From Mobula hypostoma (Eukaryota), in the NCBI RefSeq assembly GCF_963921235.1, contig NC_086097.1:140926001-140990000 (forward strand): a stretch of DNA of 64,000 bases. The letters are read 5' to 3'. The notes beneath the pieces were generated by a model. The model searched no databases, was not told where the DNA came from, and was given only the letters and a program-made list of their open reading frames with translations. The position numbers and the translations under genes are program-made. This document shows, piece by piece, positions 1 to 12,062 of the stretch (positions are counted from its first letter, which is position 1; every line of letters starts with the position of its first letter).

Positions 1-189
1 TACAAATTAGCCAGAAAAAGCGGCAAACCTGACGGCTGGGCGAAATTCAGAGTCCAGCAAGGGAGGACAAAGGGCTTAATTAGGAAAGGGAAAACAGATT
101 ATGAGAGAAAACTGGTAGGGAACATAAAAACTGACTGTAAAAACTTTTACAGCTATGTGAAAAGAAAAAGATTGGTTAGAACAAACGTA
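1..189 (+). mobile_element. CR1-type LINE ORF2 fragment (endonuclease-RT linker region), cut by the window edge
   Basis: Encodes a lysine/arginine-rich linker (..KGLIRKGKTDYERKLVGNIKTDCKNFYSYVKRKR..) like the CR1 linkers elsewhere in the window. It belongs with the 394-1239 piece. Confidence 0.7.
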
Positions 190-393
190 GAATAGTAGAA
201 CACAGTACAGGCCCTTCGGCCCACAGTGTCGTGCCGACCCTCAAACCCTGCCTCTCATATAAGCCCCCACCTTAAATTCCTCCATATACCTGTCTAGCAG
301 TCTCTTCAACTTCACTAGTGTACCTGCCTCCACCACTGACTCAGGCAGTGTATTCCACGCACTAACCACTCTCTGAGTAAAAAACCTTCCTCT
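190..393 (-). mobile_element. CR1 LINE 3' end fragment, inverted relative to the host LINE
   Basis: ORF 241..657(-) ends RGRFFTQRVVSAWNTLPESVVEAGTLVKLKRLLDRYMEEFKVGAYMRGRV, nearly identical to the 3' ends at about 6124-6330 and 23260-23477. Confidence 0.85.
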
Positions 394-1239
394 GGTATTG
401 ATGTGGACAGAGAATTGGTTGGCAGACAGGAAGCAAAGAGTGGGAATAAACGGGACCTTTTCAGCATGGCAGGCAGTGACTAGTGGGGTACCGCAAGGCT
501 CAGTGCTGGGACCCCAGTTGTTTACAATATATATTAACGACTTAGACGATGGAATTAAAAGCAGCATCTCCAAGTTTGCGGATGACAAGAAGCTGGGCGG
601 CAGTGTTAGCTGTGAGGAAGATTCTAAGAGGATGCAGGGTGACTTGGGCAAATTCATGTCAGATGCAATTTAATGTGGATAAACATGAGGTTATCCACTT
701 TGGTGGCAAGAACAGGAAAACAGATTATTATCTGAATGGTGGCCGATTAGGAAAAGGGGAGGTGCAACGAGACCTGGGTGTCATTGTACACCAGTCGTTG
801 AAAGTGGGCATGCAGGTACAACAGGCGGTGAAAAAGGCGAATGGTATGCTGGCATTTATAGCGAGAGGATTCGAGTACAGGAGCAGGGAGGTACTACTGC
901 AGTTGTACAAGGACTTGGTGAGACCACACCTGGAGTATTGTGTGCAGTTTTGGTCCCCTAATCTGAGGAAAGACATGCTTGCCATAGAGGGAGTACAAAG
1001 AAGGTTCACCAGATTGATTCCTGGGATGGCAGGACTTTCATATGAAGAAAGACTGGATGAACTAGGCTTATACTCGTTGGAATTTAGAAGAAGGAGGGGG
1101 TGGGGTCTTATTGAAACGTATACAATTCTGAAGGGATTGGACAGGCTAGATGCAGGAAGGTTGTCCCCGATGTTGGGGAAGCCCAGAACGAGGGGTCACA
1201 GTTTGAGGATAAAGGGGAAGCCTTTTAGGACCGAGATGA
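394..1239 (+). mobile_element. CR1 LINE reverse-transcriptase C-terminal part (frameshifted)
   Basis: ORFs 398..673 and 549..1805 contain [19 protein letters not shown] and LVRPHLEYCVQFWSP. The element is interrupted at 1239 and resumes at 3472. Confidence 0.92.
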
Positions 1240-3471
1240 TGATGGACAAGGATAGATCTGGTCCTAGGATTGAGGTTCTGAACTGGAAGAAGGCCAAATT
1301 TGAAGAAATGAGAAAGGATCTAAAAAGCGTGGATTGGGATAGGTTGTTCTCTGGTAGGGATGTGATCGGTGAGTGGGAAGCCTTCAAAGGAGAAATTCTG
1401 AGAGTGCAGAGCTTGTATGTTCCTGTCAGGATTAAAGGCAAAGTGAATAGGAATAAGGAACCTTGGTTCTCAAGGGATATTACAACTCAGATAAAGAAGA
1501 AGACAGAGTTGTATGACATGTATAGGAAACAGGGAGTAAATAAGGTGCTTGAGGAGTATAAAAAGTGCAAGAAAATACTTAAGAAAGAAATCAGGAGGGC
1601 TAAAAGAAGACATGAGGTTGCCTTGGCAGTCAAAGTGAAAGATAATCCAAAGAGCTTTTACAGGTGTACTAAGAGTAAAAGGATTATAAGGGATAAAATT
1701 GGTCCTCTTGAAAATCAGAATGGTCGGCTATGTGGGGAACCAGAAGAAATGGGGGAGATCGTAAATCTTTTTTTGCGCCTGTATTTACTAGGGAAACTGG
1801 CATGAAGTCTATAGAATTAGGGGAAACAAGTAGTGAGATCATGGAAACTGTACAGATTGAAAAGGAGGAGGTGCTTGCTATCTTGAGGCAAATTAAAGTG
1901 GATAAATCCCCAGGACCTGTCAGGGTATTCCCTCAAACCTAGAAGGAGACTAGTGTTGAAATTGCAGAGGCCCTGCCAGATATATTTAAAATGTCAGTGT
2001 CTACGGGTGAGGTGCCGGAGGATTGGAGAATACTCATGTTGTTTCGTTGTTTAAAAAAGGATCGAAAAATAATCCGGGAAATTATAGGCCGGTAAATTTG
2101 ACGTCGGTAGTGGGTAAGTTATTGGAGGGAGTACTGAGAGACAGAATCTACAAGCATTTGGATAGACAAGGACATTGGGCAGAGTCAACATGGCTTTGTG
2201 CGTGGTAGGTCATGTTTGACCAATCTATTGGAGTTTTTCGAGGAGGTTACCAGGAAAGTGGATGAAGGGAAGGCAGTGGATGTTGTCTACATGGACTTCA
2301 GTAAGGCCTTTGACAAGGTCCCGCATGGGAGGTTAATTAGGAAAATGCAGTCGCTAGGTATACATGTAGAGGTGGTAAATTGGATTAGACATTGGCTCGA
2401 TGGAAGAAGCCAAAGAGTGGTAGTAGAGAATTGCTTCTCAGAGTGGAGGCCTGTGACTACTGGTGTGCCACAGGGATCAGTGCTGGGTCCATTGTTATTT
2501 GTCATCTATATCAATGATCTGGATGATAATATGGTAAATTGGATCAGCAAATTTGCGGATGATACAAAGACTGGAGGTGCAGTGGACAGTGAGGAAGGTT
2601 TTCAAAGCTTGCAGAGGGACTTGGACAAGATGGAAAAATGGGCTGAAAAATGGCAGATGGAGTTTAATACAGACAAGTGTGAGGTATTGCACTTTGGAAG
2701 GACAAACCAAGGTAGAACATACAGGGTAAATGGTAAGCCACTGAGGAGTGCAGTAGAACAGAGGGATCTGGGAGTACAGATACAAAATTCCCTAAAAGTG
2801 GCGTCACAGGTAGATAGGGTCGTAAAGAGAGCTTTTGGTACATTGGCCTTTATTAATTAAAGTATTGAGTATAAGAGCTGGAGTATTATGATGAGGTTGT
2901 ATAAGGCATTGGTGAGGCCGAATCTGGAGTATTGTGTTCAGTGTAGGTCACTAAATTACAGGAAGGATATAAATAAGGTTGAAAGAGTGCAGGGAAGGCT
3001 TACAAGGATGTTGCCGGGACTTGAGAAACTCAGTTACAGAGAAAGGTTGAATAGGTTAGGACTTTATTTCCTGGAGCGTAGAAGAATGAAGGGAGATTTG
3101 ACAGAGGTATATAAAATTATGATGGGTATTGACAAAGTGAATGCAAGCAGGCTTTTTCCACTGAGGCAAGGGGAGAAAAAAAAACAAGAGGACATGGGTT
3201 AAGGGTGGGGGGGGAGTTTAAAGGGAACATTGGGGGGGTGGGGGCTCTTCACACAGAGAGTGGTGGGAATATGGAATGAGCTGCCTGACGAGGTGGTAAA
3301 TGCGGGTTATTTTTTAACATTTAAGAATGAATTGGACAGGTACATGGATGAGAGGTGTATGGAGGGATTTGGTTCGTGTACAGGTCAGTGGGACTAGGCA
3401 GAAAATAGTCCGGCACAGCCAAGAAGGGTCAAAAGGCATGTTTCTGTGCTGTAGTTTTTCTATGGTTTCTA
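1240..3471 (+). mobile_element. 5'-truncated CR1 LINE (second subfamily) nested inside another CR1
   Basis: Linker to RT ([28 protein letters not shown]) to a 3' tail (..gtagtttttctatggtttctatg). The host sequence accgagatga|ggaaaaatttc is split here, and ATGA occurs at both junctions (1236-1239 and 3471-3474). Confidence 0.9.
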
Positions 3472-3732
3472 TGAGGAAAAATTTCTTCACACAGAGAGTG
3501 GTGAACCTGTGGAATTCTCTGCCACAGGAAACAGTTGAGGCCAGTTCATTGGCTATATTTAAGAGGGAGTTAGATATGGCCCTTGTGGCTAAAGGGATCA
3601 GGAGGTATGGAGAAAAGACAGGTACAGGGTTCTGAATTGGATGATCAGTCATGATCATACTGAATGGCGGTGCAGGATCGAAGGGCCAAACGGCCTACTC
3701 CTGCACCTATTTTCTATGTTTTTATGTTTCTA
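3472..3732 (+). mobile_element. 3' end of the host CR1 LINE (continuation of 394-1239)
   Basis: RKNFFTQRVVNLWNSLPQETVEASSLAIFKRELD followed by a 3' UTR and an (ttctatgt)n tail. It matches 14930-15187 and 18420-18674. Confidence 0.9.
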
Positions 3733-3989
3733 TAATTGATCAGTCAGGGCATGAAGGGATACAGGGAGAAAGCAGGAGATTGGAGCTGAGAAAAATGTTG
3801 GATCAACCACAATGACATTTTGGAGCAGACTTGATGGACCAAATATATTAATTTTGCTCCTGTGTCTTTGGTAAATTTGCCCAATAGTGGGGACGGCCTT
3901 ACCTGTGGTGGACTGAGTTGTATCGACTCCTTTTGGAGTTTCTCCCCTATTCAAGGTCATGATGCAACCACTTAGAATATTCTTCATCA

Positions 3990-4450
3990 CACATCAAAAA
4001 AGTTTGTCAAAGTTTCAGATGAAATGCCAAATCTGCGTAAACTTCTAAGAAAGTAGTGCCTTTGCTGTGCCTTCTTTGCAATGACACTTACACAGGACAG
4101 ATTCTCTGAAGTTATATTACCAAGAAATTTAAAGTGCTGATTCTCTCCACCTCTGATCCCCTGATGAGAACTTGCTCATGGACCTCCAGTTTCCTCCTCC
4201 TGTATTCAATAATCAGTTCTTTGGTTATGCTGACATTGAGTGAGAGGTTGTTGTTGTGGCATCATTCAGCTAGATTTTCAATGTCCTTCCTATATGCTGA
4301 TTTATCAGCTACAGTGGTGTCATCAGCAAACTTAAATATGGCGTTGGAGCTGTATTCAATCTCAAAGTCATAAGTATAAAGCAAGTAGAGCAGGGCGCTA
4401 AGCACACAGCCTTGTGCACCTGTGCTGATGGTGATTGTGCAGATGTGTCA
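3990..4450 (-). mobile_element. Rex1/Babar-like non-LTR retrotransposon RT fragment (degenerate)
   Basis: The minus strand reads KFADDTTV.. and CHNNNLSLNVSITKEL.., the RT motif pattern of Rex1-type elements. Confidence 0.65.
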
Positions 4451-4999
4451 CTCCAAACTGACTGGGTACTACAAGGGAGGAAATTGAGAATCGACTTGCA
4501 TAAGGAGGTATTGACACGAGATCTCAACCTACAATAATAGAATAAAATGGAAAAAAAACTACACACAAAGACCGACAAACAACCAACGTGCAAAAGACAA
4601 ACTGTGCAAATACATAAAATCTAATAATGACAGTAATGATGAATTGTTTAAGGTAATTAAGTACACTGGGAACATGAGTTGTAAAGTCCTTGAAAGCGAG
4701 TCCATAGGTTGTGCAATCAGTTCAGTGTTGAAGTAAATGATGTTATCAATGCAAAGCACAAGAAAACACAAAATAGGATGCCTATAAAAAGTATTCATCC
4801 CGTTTGGGAGTTTTCATGTTCTATTGTTTTACAATATTGAATCAGTGGGCTTAATTTGGCTTTTTTTACACTGATCAACAGAAAAAGACTCTTTCGTGTC
4901 AAAGTGAAAACAGATCCCTACAAGATGAACAAAATTAATTACAAATATAAAACACAAAATAATTGATTGCATAAGTATTCACCCCCTTCACGTCACTAT

Positions 5000-6006
5000 T
5001 CAGTAGGTTCACCTTTGGCAGCAACTACAGCCTTGAGTTTGTGTGGATAGGTGTCTATCAGCTTTGCACATTTGGACACTGCAATCTTTCCTCATTTTTC
5101 TTTCCTGAACTGCTCAAGCTTTCAGATTGCATGGGGATTGTAAGTGAACAGACCTTTTCAAGTCCAGCCACAAATACTCAATTGGATTGAGGTTTGGACT
5201 CTGACTTGGCCACTCCAGGACATTATCTTTGTTGACCTTAGGCAATTCCTTTGTAGCTTTCGCTTTATGTTTGGGGTCATTGTCTTGCTGGAAAACAAGT
5301 CTTCTCCTAAGCTGCAGTTTTCTTGCAGACTGCATCAGGGTTTTCTCCAAGATTTCCATGTATTTTGCTGCATTCATTTTACCCACTAGCTTCACAAGCC
5401 TTCCAGAGCCTGCTGCAGTGAAGCACCTCCACAGCATGATGCAGCCACCACCATGCTTCATGGCAGGGATAGTGTTTTGATTATGTGTAGTGCTTAGCTT
5501 ACACCAAACATAGCATTTATTCTGATGGCCAAAAAGCTCAACTTTGGTTTCATCAGACCACAGAACCTTCTTCCAGGCAACTTCAGAGTCTCCCAGATGC
5601 CTTCTCGCAAACTCTAGCCGAGATTTCCTGTGAGTTTTTTCCCAACAATACCTTTCTCTTTGCCACTCTCTCATAAAGCTGTCACACATGAAACATCCAT
5701 GCAACAGTTGTTGTATGTGCAGTGTCTCCCATCTAAGTCACTGAAGCTTGTAACCGCTCCACAGTTGTCATAGGTATTTTAGTAGCCTCTCTCACGTCCC
5801 GTTCTTGCATGGTCACTCAGTTTTTGAGGACGGCCTGCTCTAGGCAGAGTTACAGCTGTGCCATATTCTTTCTGTTACTTGATGATTGACTTAACTGTGC
5901 TCCAAGGGATATTCAGTGACTTGGAAATTCTCAAATATCCATCTCCTGACATATGCTTTTCAATAACCTTTACACAGAGTTATTTGGAGTGTTCTTTTGT
6001 CTTCAT
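5000..6006 (-). pseudogene. Tc1 DD34E transposase pseudogene
   Basis: ATG at 6004-6006 gives MKTKEHSK*..PWSTVKSIIK*..AGRPQK (paired-like HTH, with stops). ORF 5114..5704 has WSDETK, KHGGG, QQDNDPKH and WPSQSPNLNPIE, with 34 residues between the second D and the E. Confidence 0.92.
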
Positions 6007-6123
6007 GGTGTAGATTTTGCCAGGATACTGACCCACCAGCAGCTGGACTTTCTAGATACAGGGGCACTTACTACAATCAATTGAAGCACCTTGTCCGCAC
6101 ACAGGTGATCTCCAGTTAACTAA

Positions 6124-9100
6124 TAGAACATAGAATTTTACAGCACAGTACAGGCTCTTCAGCCCACAATGTTGTGCCGACTCTCAAACCCTGCCTCCCA
6201 TATAACCCCCCACATTAAATTCCTCCATATACCTGTCTAGTAGTCTCTTAAACTACACTAGTGTATCTGCCTCCACGACTGACTCAGGCAATGCATTCCA
6301 CGCACTAACCACTCTCCGAGTAAAAACCCTTCCTCTAATATCCCCCTTGAACTTCCCACCCCTTACCTTAAAGCCATGTTCTCTTGTATTGAGTAGTGGT
6401 GCCCTGGGGAAGAGGCGCTGGCTATCCACTCTATCTATTCCTTTTATTATCTTGTACTCCTCTATCATGTCTCCTCTCATCCTCCTTCTCTTCAAAGAGT
6501 AAAGCCCTAGCTCCCTTAATCTCTGATCATATCCCCATAGTCTCTAAACCAGGCAGCATCCTGGTAAATCTCCTCTGTACCCTTTCCAATGCTTCCACAT
6601 CCTTCCTATAGTGAGGCGACCAGAACTGGACACAGTACTCCAAATGTGGTCTAACCAGAATTTTATAGAGCTGCATCATTACATCGCGACTCTTAAACAA
6701 TTTTCCTCGACTTATGAAAGCTAACACCCCATAAGCTTTCTTAACTACCCTATCCATCTGTGAGGCAAATTTCAGGGACCTGTGGACATGTACCCCCAGG
6801 TCCCTCTGCTCCTCCACACTACCGAGTATCCTGCCATTTACATTGTACTCTGCCTTGGAGTTTGTCCTTCCAAAGTGTACCACCTCACACTTCCCTGGGT
6901 TGAACTCCATCTGCCACTTCTCAGCCCACTTCTCCATCCTACCAATGTCTCTCTGCAATATTTGACAATCCTCTACACTACCTATAACACCACCAACCTT
7001 TGTGTCGTCTGCAAACTTGCCAACCCACCCTTCTACCCCCACATCCAGGTCGGTAATAAAAATCACAAAAAGTAGAGGTCCCAGAATAGATCCTTGTGCG
7101 ACACCACTAGTCACAATCCTCCCATCTGAATGTACTCCCTCCACCACCACCCTCTGCCTTCTGCAGGCAAGCCAACTCTGAATCCACCTGGCCAAACTTC
7201 CCTGGATCCCATGCCTTCTGACTTTCTGAGTAAGCCTACCGTGCGTAACCTTGTCAAATGCCTTACTGAAATCCATATAGATCACATCCACTACACTACC
7301 CTCATCTATATGCCTGGTCACCTCCTCAAAGAACTCTATCAGGCTTGTTAGACACGATCTGCCCTTCACAAAGCTATGCTGACTGTCCCTGATCAGACCA
7401 TGATTCTCTAAATGCCCATAGAGCCTGTCTCTAAGAATCTATTCCAACAGCTTTCCCACCACAAACGAAAGACTTACTGGTCTATAATTACCCGGACTAT
7501 CCCCACTACCTTTGTTGAACAAGGGGACAACATTCGCCTCCCTGCAATCCTCCGGTACCATTCCCGTGGACAACGAGGACATAAAGACCACAACCAGAGG
7601 CTCAGCAATCTCTTCCCTCGCCTCGTGGAGCAGCCTGGGGAATATTCCGTCAGGCCCCTGGGACTTATCCGTCCTAATGTATTTTAACAACTCCAACACC
7701 TCCTCTCCCTTAATATCAACATGCTCCAGAACATCAACCTCACTCATATTGTCCTCACCATCATCAAGTTCCCTCTCATTGGTGAATACTGAAGAGAAGT
7801 ATTCATTGAGGACCTCCCTCACTTCCTCAGCCTCCATGCACATCTACCCACCTTTATCTATAATCGGTCCTACCTTCACTCTTGTCATCCTTCTTTTCTT
7901 CACATAATTGAAGAATGCCTTGGCGTTTTCCTTGACCCTACTCGCCAAGGCCTTCTCATGCCCCCTTCTTGCTATTCTCAGCCCTTTCTTAAGCTCCTTT
8001 CTTGCTTCCCTATATTCCTCAATAGACCCATCTGATCCTTGCTTCCTAAACCTCATGTATGCTGCCTTCTTCCACCTGATTAGATTTTCCACCTCACTTG
8101 TCACCCATGGTTCCTTCACCCTACCATTCTTTATCTTCCTCACCGGGGCAAATTTATCCCTAACATCCTGCAAGAGATCTCTAAACATCGACCACATGTT
8201 CATAGTACATTTCCCTGCAAAAACAGCATCCCAATTCACACCCGCAGGTCCTAGTCTTATAGCCTCATAATTTACCCTTGCCCAATTAAAAAATTTCCTG
8301 TCCTCTCTGATCCTATCCTTTTCCATGATAATGCTAAAGGCCAGGGAGCGGTGGTCACTGTCCCCCAGATGCTCACCCACTGAGAGATCTGTGACCTGAC
8401 CCGGTTCATTACTTAGTACTAGATCTAGTATGGCATTCCCCCTAGTCGGCCTGTCCACATGCTGTGACAGGAATCCGTCCTGGACACACTTAACAAACTC
8501 TTCCGCATCTAAACCCTTGGAACTAATCAGGTGCCAATGAATATTAGGGAAATTAAAGTCACCTATGATAACAACCCTGTTATTTTTGCACCTTTCCAAA
8601 ATCTGCCCCCCAATCTGCTCCTCTGTATCTCTGCTGCTACCAGGGGGCCTATAGAATACCCCCAATAGTGTAACTGCTCCTTTGCTGTTCCTGACTTCCA
8701 CACATACTGACTCAAAAGAGGAACCTGCTACATTACCCACCCTTTCTGTAGCTGTAATAGTATCCCTGACCAGTAATGCTACCCCCCTCCCCCTTTTCCG
8801 CCCTCCCTATTCCTGTTAACGCACTGAAATCCAGGAATACTGTGAATCCATTCCTGCCCTGGTGTTATCCAAGTCTCTGTAATGGCCCCTACATCATAAT
8901 TCCATGTATGTATCCAAGCTCTCAGTTCATCACCTTTGTTTCTAATGCTTCTTGCATTGAGGTACACACATTTCAGCCCTTCTACCTTACTGTCTTTACA
9001 CCGTTTATTCTGCTTCTCTTTCCTCAAAGCCTCTCTACATGTTAGATCTGGCTTTACTCCATGCACTTCTTTCAGTGCTCTATCGCTCTGGGTCCCATCC

Positions 9101-10291
9101 CCCTCGCAAATTAGTTTAAACCCTCCGAGCCATGCCAGCGAACCTACCTGCAAGGATATTGCTCCCCTCGAGTTCAGGTGCAAACCATCCAATCTGTACA
9201 GGTCCCACCTTCCCCAGAAGAGATCCCAATGATCCAGAAATCTAAAAGCCTGCTCCCTGCACCAACTCCCCAGCCACGCATTCAACTGCCATCTCCTCCA
9301 ATTCTTACCATCACTGTCACGTAACACTGGCAGCAATCCTGAGAACGCCACCCTTGTGGTCCTGTTCTTCAACCTTCTGCCTAGTTCCCGAAACTCGCAC
9401 TTCAGGACCTCATCCCTCTTCCTGCCTACGTCGTTGGTCCCAACATGTATCCCGACTTCTGTTTGCTTTCCCTCTCGTACCAGGATGTCGTGCACCCGGT
9501 CAGAGACATCCCGGACCCTGGCACCTGGGAGGGAACAAACCATGCGGGTGCCCTTCTCACGTCCACAAAATCTCCTGTCTGCTCCCCTGACTATAGAGTC
9601 TCCAATAACGACAGCTCTCCTCTTCTCCGTCCCACGCTTCTGCACCACCGGGTTAGACTCAGTGCCAGAGGCCCTGCCACTCTGGCTCACACCTGGTCGG
9701 TCGTCCCCGCCAACGGTATCCAGGATGGTAAACTTATTATTCAGGGGAATTGCTACAGGGGTGCTCTGCACTACCTGTCTGCTCACCTTCGCTTTCCCCC
9801 CTCTGACTTTCACCCAACGACCGGCTTCCGACAGCCCAGGTGTGACTACCACCCTGTAGCTCTCATCTATGACTGCCTCATTCTCCCTTATGAGTCGAAG
9901 GTTATCCAGCTGCTGCTCCAGATTCCTGACACGGTTTTCCAGATCGCCCAGCCGTATGCACTTCTGGCAGATGTGACTTTGCGGGAGAGGGGAGTTCCAC
10001 CAAGACTGCCACATCTCACATGAGAGGCACATCACCGTCTCAGGAGACATTGTAAAGACTCACTGCGAGCAAGCTTGTCCTCCGCCTCTTCTCGTCGAAG
10101 CCTGTCGAGTCAAAGCCTTAAAGCTCCACGCCTTCACTGGCCGCTTTCCACAGGCCGCTTCGCTTGAGCTATCCCTCTATTTATCTGTTTGAGCTTTTCA
10201 AAATGCTTGGTCACCTGCCCAATCAGCTGCTTTCTGCTGAGTCTGAGCTATTCAAATCTTGATTGTCTAATCAACAGCTTTCTGCTGATCT
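6124..10291 (-). mobile_element. Essentially full-length CR1 LINE (about 4.2 kb: 5' UTR, ORF1, ORF2, 3' tail) with several stops and frameshifts
   Basis: ORF1 starts at 10050. ORF2 pieces 7844..8740, 7439..7843, 6527..7369 and 6253..6495 cover the APE endonuclease (YRPP, GDFN, LDLV, SDH) and the RT. The tail ttctatgttctat is at 6124-6135, and the Tc1 host sequence resumes on both sides. Confidence 0.95.
9111..10050 (-). pseudogene. CR1 ORF1: N-terminal Cys/His zinc finger, coiled coil and SGNH/GDSL esterase domain
   Basis: CLSC..HICQKC, LENRVRNLEQQLDNL, VVIGDSIVRG, HVGTND and DGLHLN. Two single-G deletions relative to the 20.5-kb copy shift the last codons into the ORF2 frame, which explains the 423-aa ORF call. 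Esterase-bearing ORF1 proteins are known in the CR1/L2 clades. Confidence 0.88.
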
Positions 10292-10859
10292 ATTATGTGA
10301 CTTCTTAAACCAATTGTCTCTACCAGTGACGATTTGGGGTGTCATATTAAAGGGGGTGAATACTTATACAATCAATTATTTTGTGGCTTATATTTGTAAT
10401 TAATTTAGATCACTTTGTCGAGATCTGTTTTCTCTTTGACATAAAATATCAGAAAGTATGGTGATAGAGAGAACGGGTTCCTTTGATGGAGAAGTAGGGA
10501 ATGTAGAGTGAAGCTGACTGGCAAGAGAACCAAAAATGACACAAGAGCCAAGAGTTGCTGGAAATCTGGAACAACACGCAAAAAAGCTGGAGGAACACAG
10601 CAGGTCAGACAGTGTCTACGGAGGGTACCCTCCAGCTTTTTATATGTTTCTTTAAAAAATGTTTCCAAGCTGCTTCTGATGTCATGAGTAGTGAGCAGCA
10701 ACAGGATAGGTCATATGAGGGAATGATGCAATTATTGCGATCATTTCCAAGGTCATGCACAAGTGCGACACGTTGTAGATAAAGCAAGGTGGGACCAACA
10801 TTCTTATTGGGAAGTTTGCTAGCCCTGTTAGAAAATTTTAAACTCAGCTAGCCAGGAAA

Positions 10860-11627
10860 GAGGGCTCACAGTCGTTGTTCAAATAGAGAGGTACGATAGT
10901 AAGATTCTTGGCGGTGTGGAGGATCAGAGGGATCCTGGGGTCCGAGTCCATAGCACACTCAAAGCTGCTACGCAGGTTGACTCTGTGGTTAAGAAGGCAT
11001 GCGGTGCAATGGCCTTCATTAATCATGGAATTGTGTTTAAGAGCCGAGAGATAATGTTACAGCTATATAGGACCGTGGTCAGACCCCGCTTGGAGTACTG
11101 TGCTCAGTTCTGGTCGCCTCACTACAAGAAGGACATGGAAACCATAGAAAGGATGCAGAGGAGATTTACAAGGATGTTGCATGGATTAGGGAGCATGCCT
11201 TATGAGAATAGGTTGAGTGAACTCGGCCTTTTCTCCTTGAAGCGACGGAAGATGAGGTGGCCTGATAGAGGTTTATAAGATGATGAGAGGCATTGATTGT
11301 GTGGATAGTCAGAGGCTTTTTCCCAGAGCTGAAATGGCTAGCACGAGAGGGCACAGTGTTAAGGTGCTTGGTAGTAGATACAGAGGACATGTCCGGGGAA
11401 GGTTTTTTTTTTATTTAGAGAGTGGTGAGTGCACGGAATAGGCTGCCGGCGGCGGTGGTGGAGGTGGAAATGATAGGGTCTTTTAAGAAACTCCTGGATG
11501 GCTGCATGGAGCTTAGAAAAGTAGAGGGCTATGGGTAAAGCCTAGGTAGTTCTATGGTAGGGACATATTCAGCACAGCTTTGTGGGCCGAAGGGCCTGTA
11601 TTGTGCTGTAGGTTTTCTATGTTTCTA
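10860..11627 (+). mobile_element. 5'-truncated CR1 LINE (RT C-terminus and 3' tail)
   Basis: ORF 10916..11278 contains RPRLEYCAQFWSPHY. The element ends ..gtaggttttctatgtttct. Confidence 0.88.
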
Positions 11628-12062
11628 ATGTCCTCAAGGTAAAATAGTAAATCCAATAGTAAAGTAGATCAAACAAGAAACTGAACATCAAGGAAATTTC
11701 AAAGCTAAATTATATCTATTTAGCGCAAGGAATAGCACTCATAGAGTAGATGATGCAAAGCTTTAAGTAACCAGTGGTCTATGATATATTTGCTGTCACT
11801 AAGACATTACTGAACGACCAGCAGGACTGGCAACTCAAAATCAATGGGTGTAGAGTTTCCAGGTGAGATAGTGGAGGGGTCTGGGTAAAAGAAGAGAAGG
11901 CATTGCACTTTTAGCCAGAGGTTGCATTACTTCAGTACTGCAGAAAGACATCCTAAAAGGACCAACAAATGAAGATAGAGATGAGAAATAAAAAGAGTGT
12001 TGTCACTTTGCTTGGCATGTATTACAGACCTACTAACAGTCGGCAGGTGATAGATGAACAGA

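Larger units (their letters stand above)
4776..10442 (-). mobile_element. Tc1-family DNA transposon with IR/DR-type long terminal inverted repeats, split by a CR1 insertion
   Basis: TIR at about 4776-4988, preceded by TA at 4774-4775, with direct repeats aagtattca(t/c)ccc at about 4789 and 4973. Its reverse complement occurs at 10350-10442 and is truncated there. The transposase lies on the minus strand. Confidence 0.88.

Noticed and set aside
3198-3245. G-quadruplex-like G-run cluster
   Set aside because: These are homopolymer expansions within a decayed CR1 3' region, with no evidence of function.
6396-9859. Numerous plus-strand ORFs of 70-190 aa here, and similar antisense ORFs over other LINE, Penelope and LTR copies
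   Set aside because: They are shadow frames of retroelement coding or low-complexity sequence with no independent protein motifs.
8779-10050. 423-aa ORF as a natural in-frame ORF1-ORF2 fusion gene
   Set aside because: Two single-G losses in G-runs relative to the 20.5-kb copy create the fusion, and it stops again at 8779 after another 1-nt loss. This is decay or sequencing error, not a domesticated gene.
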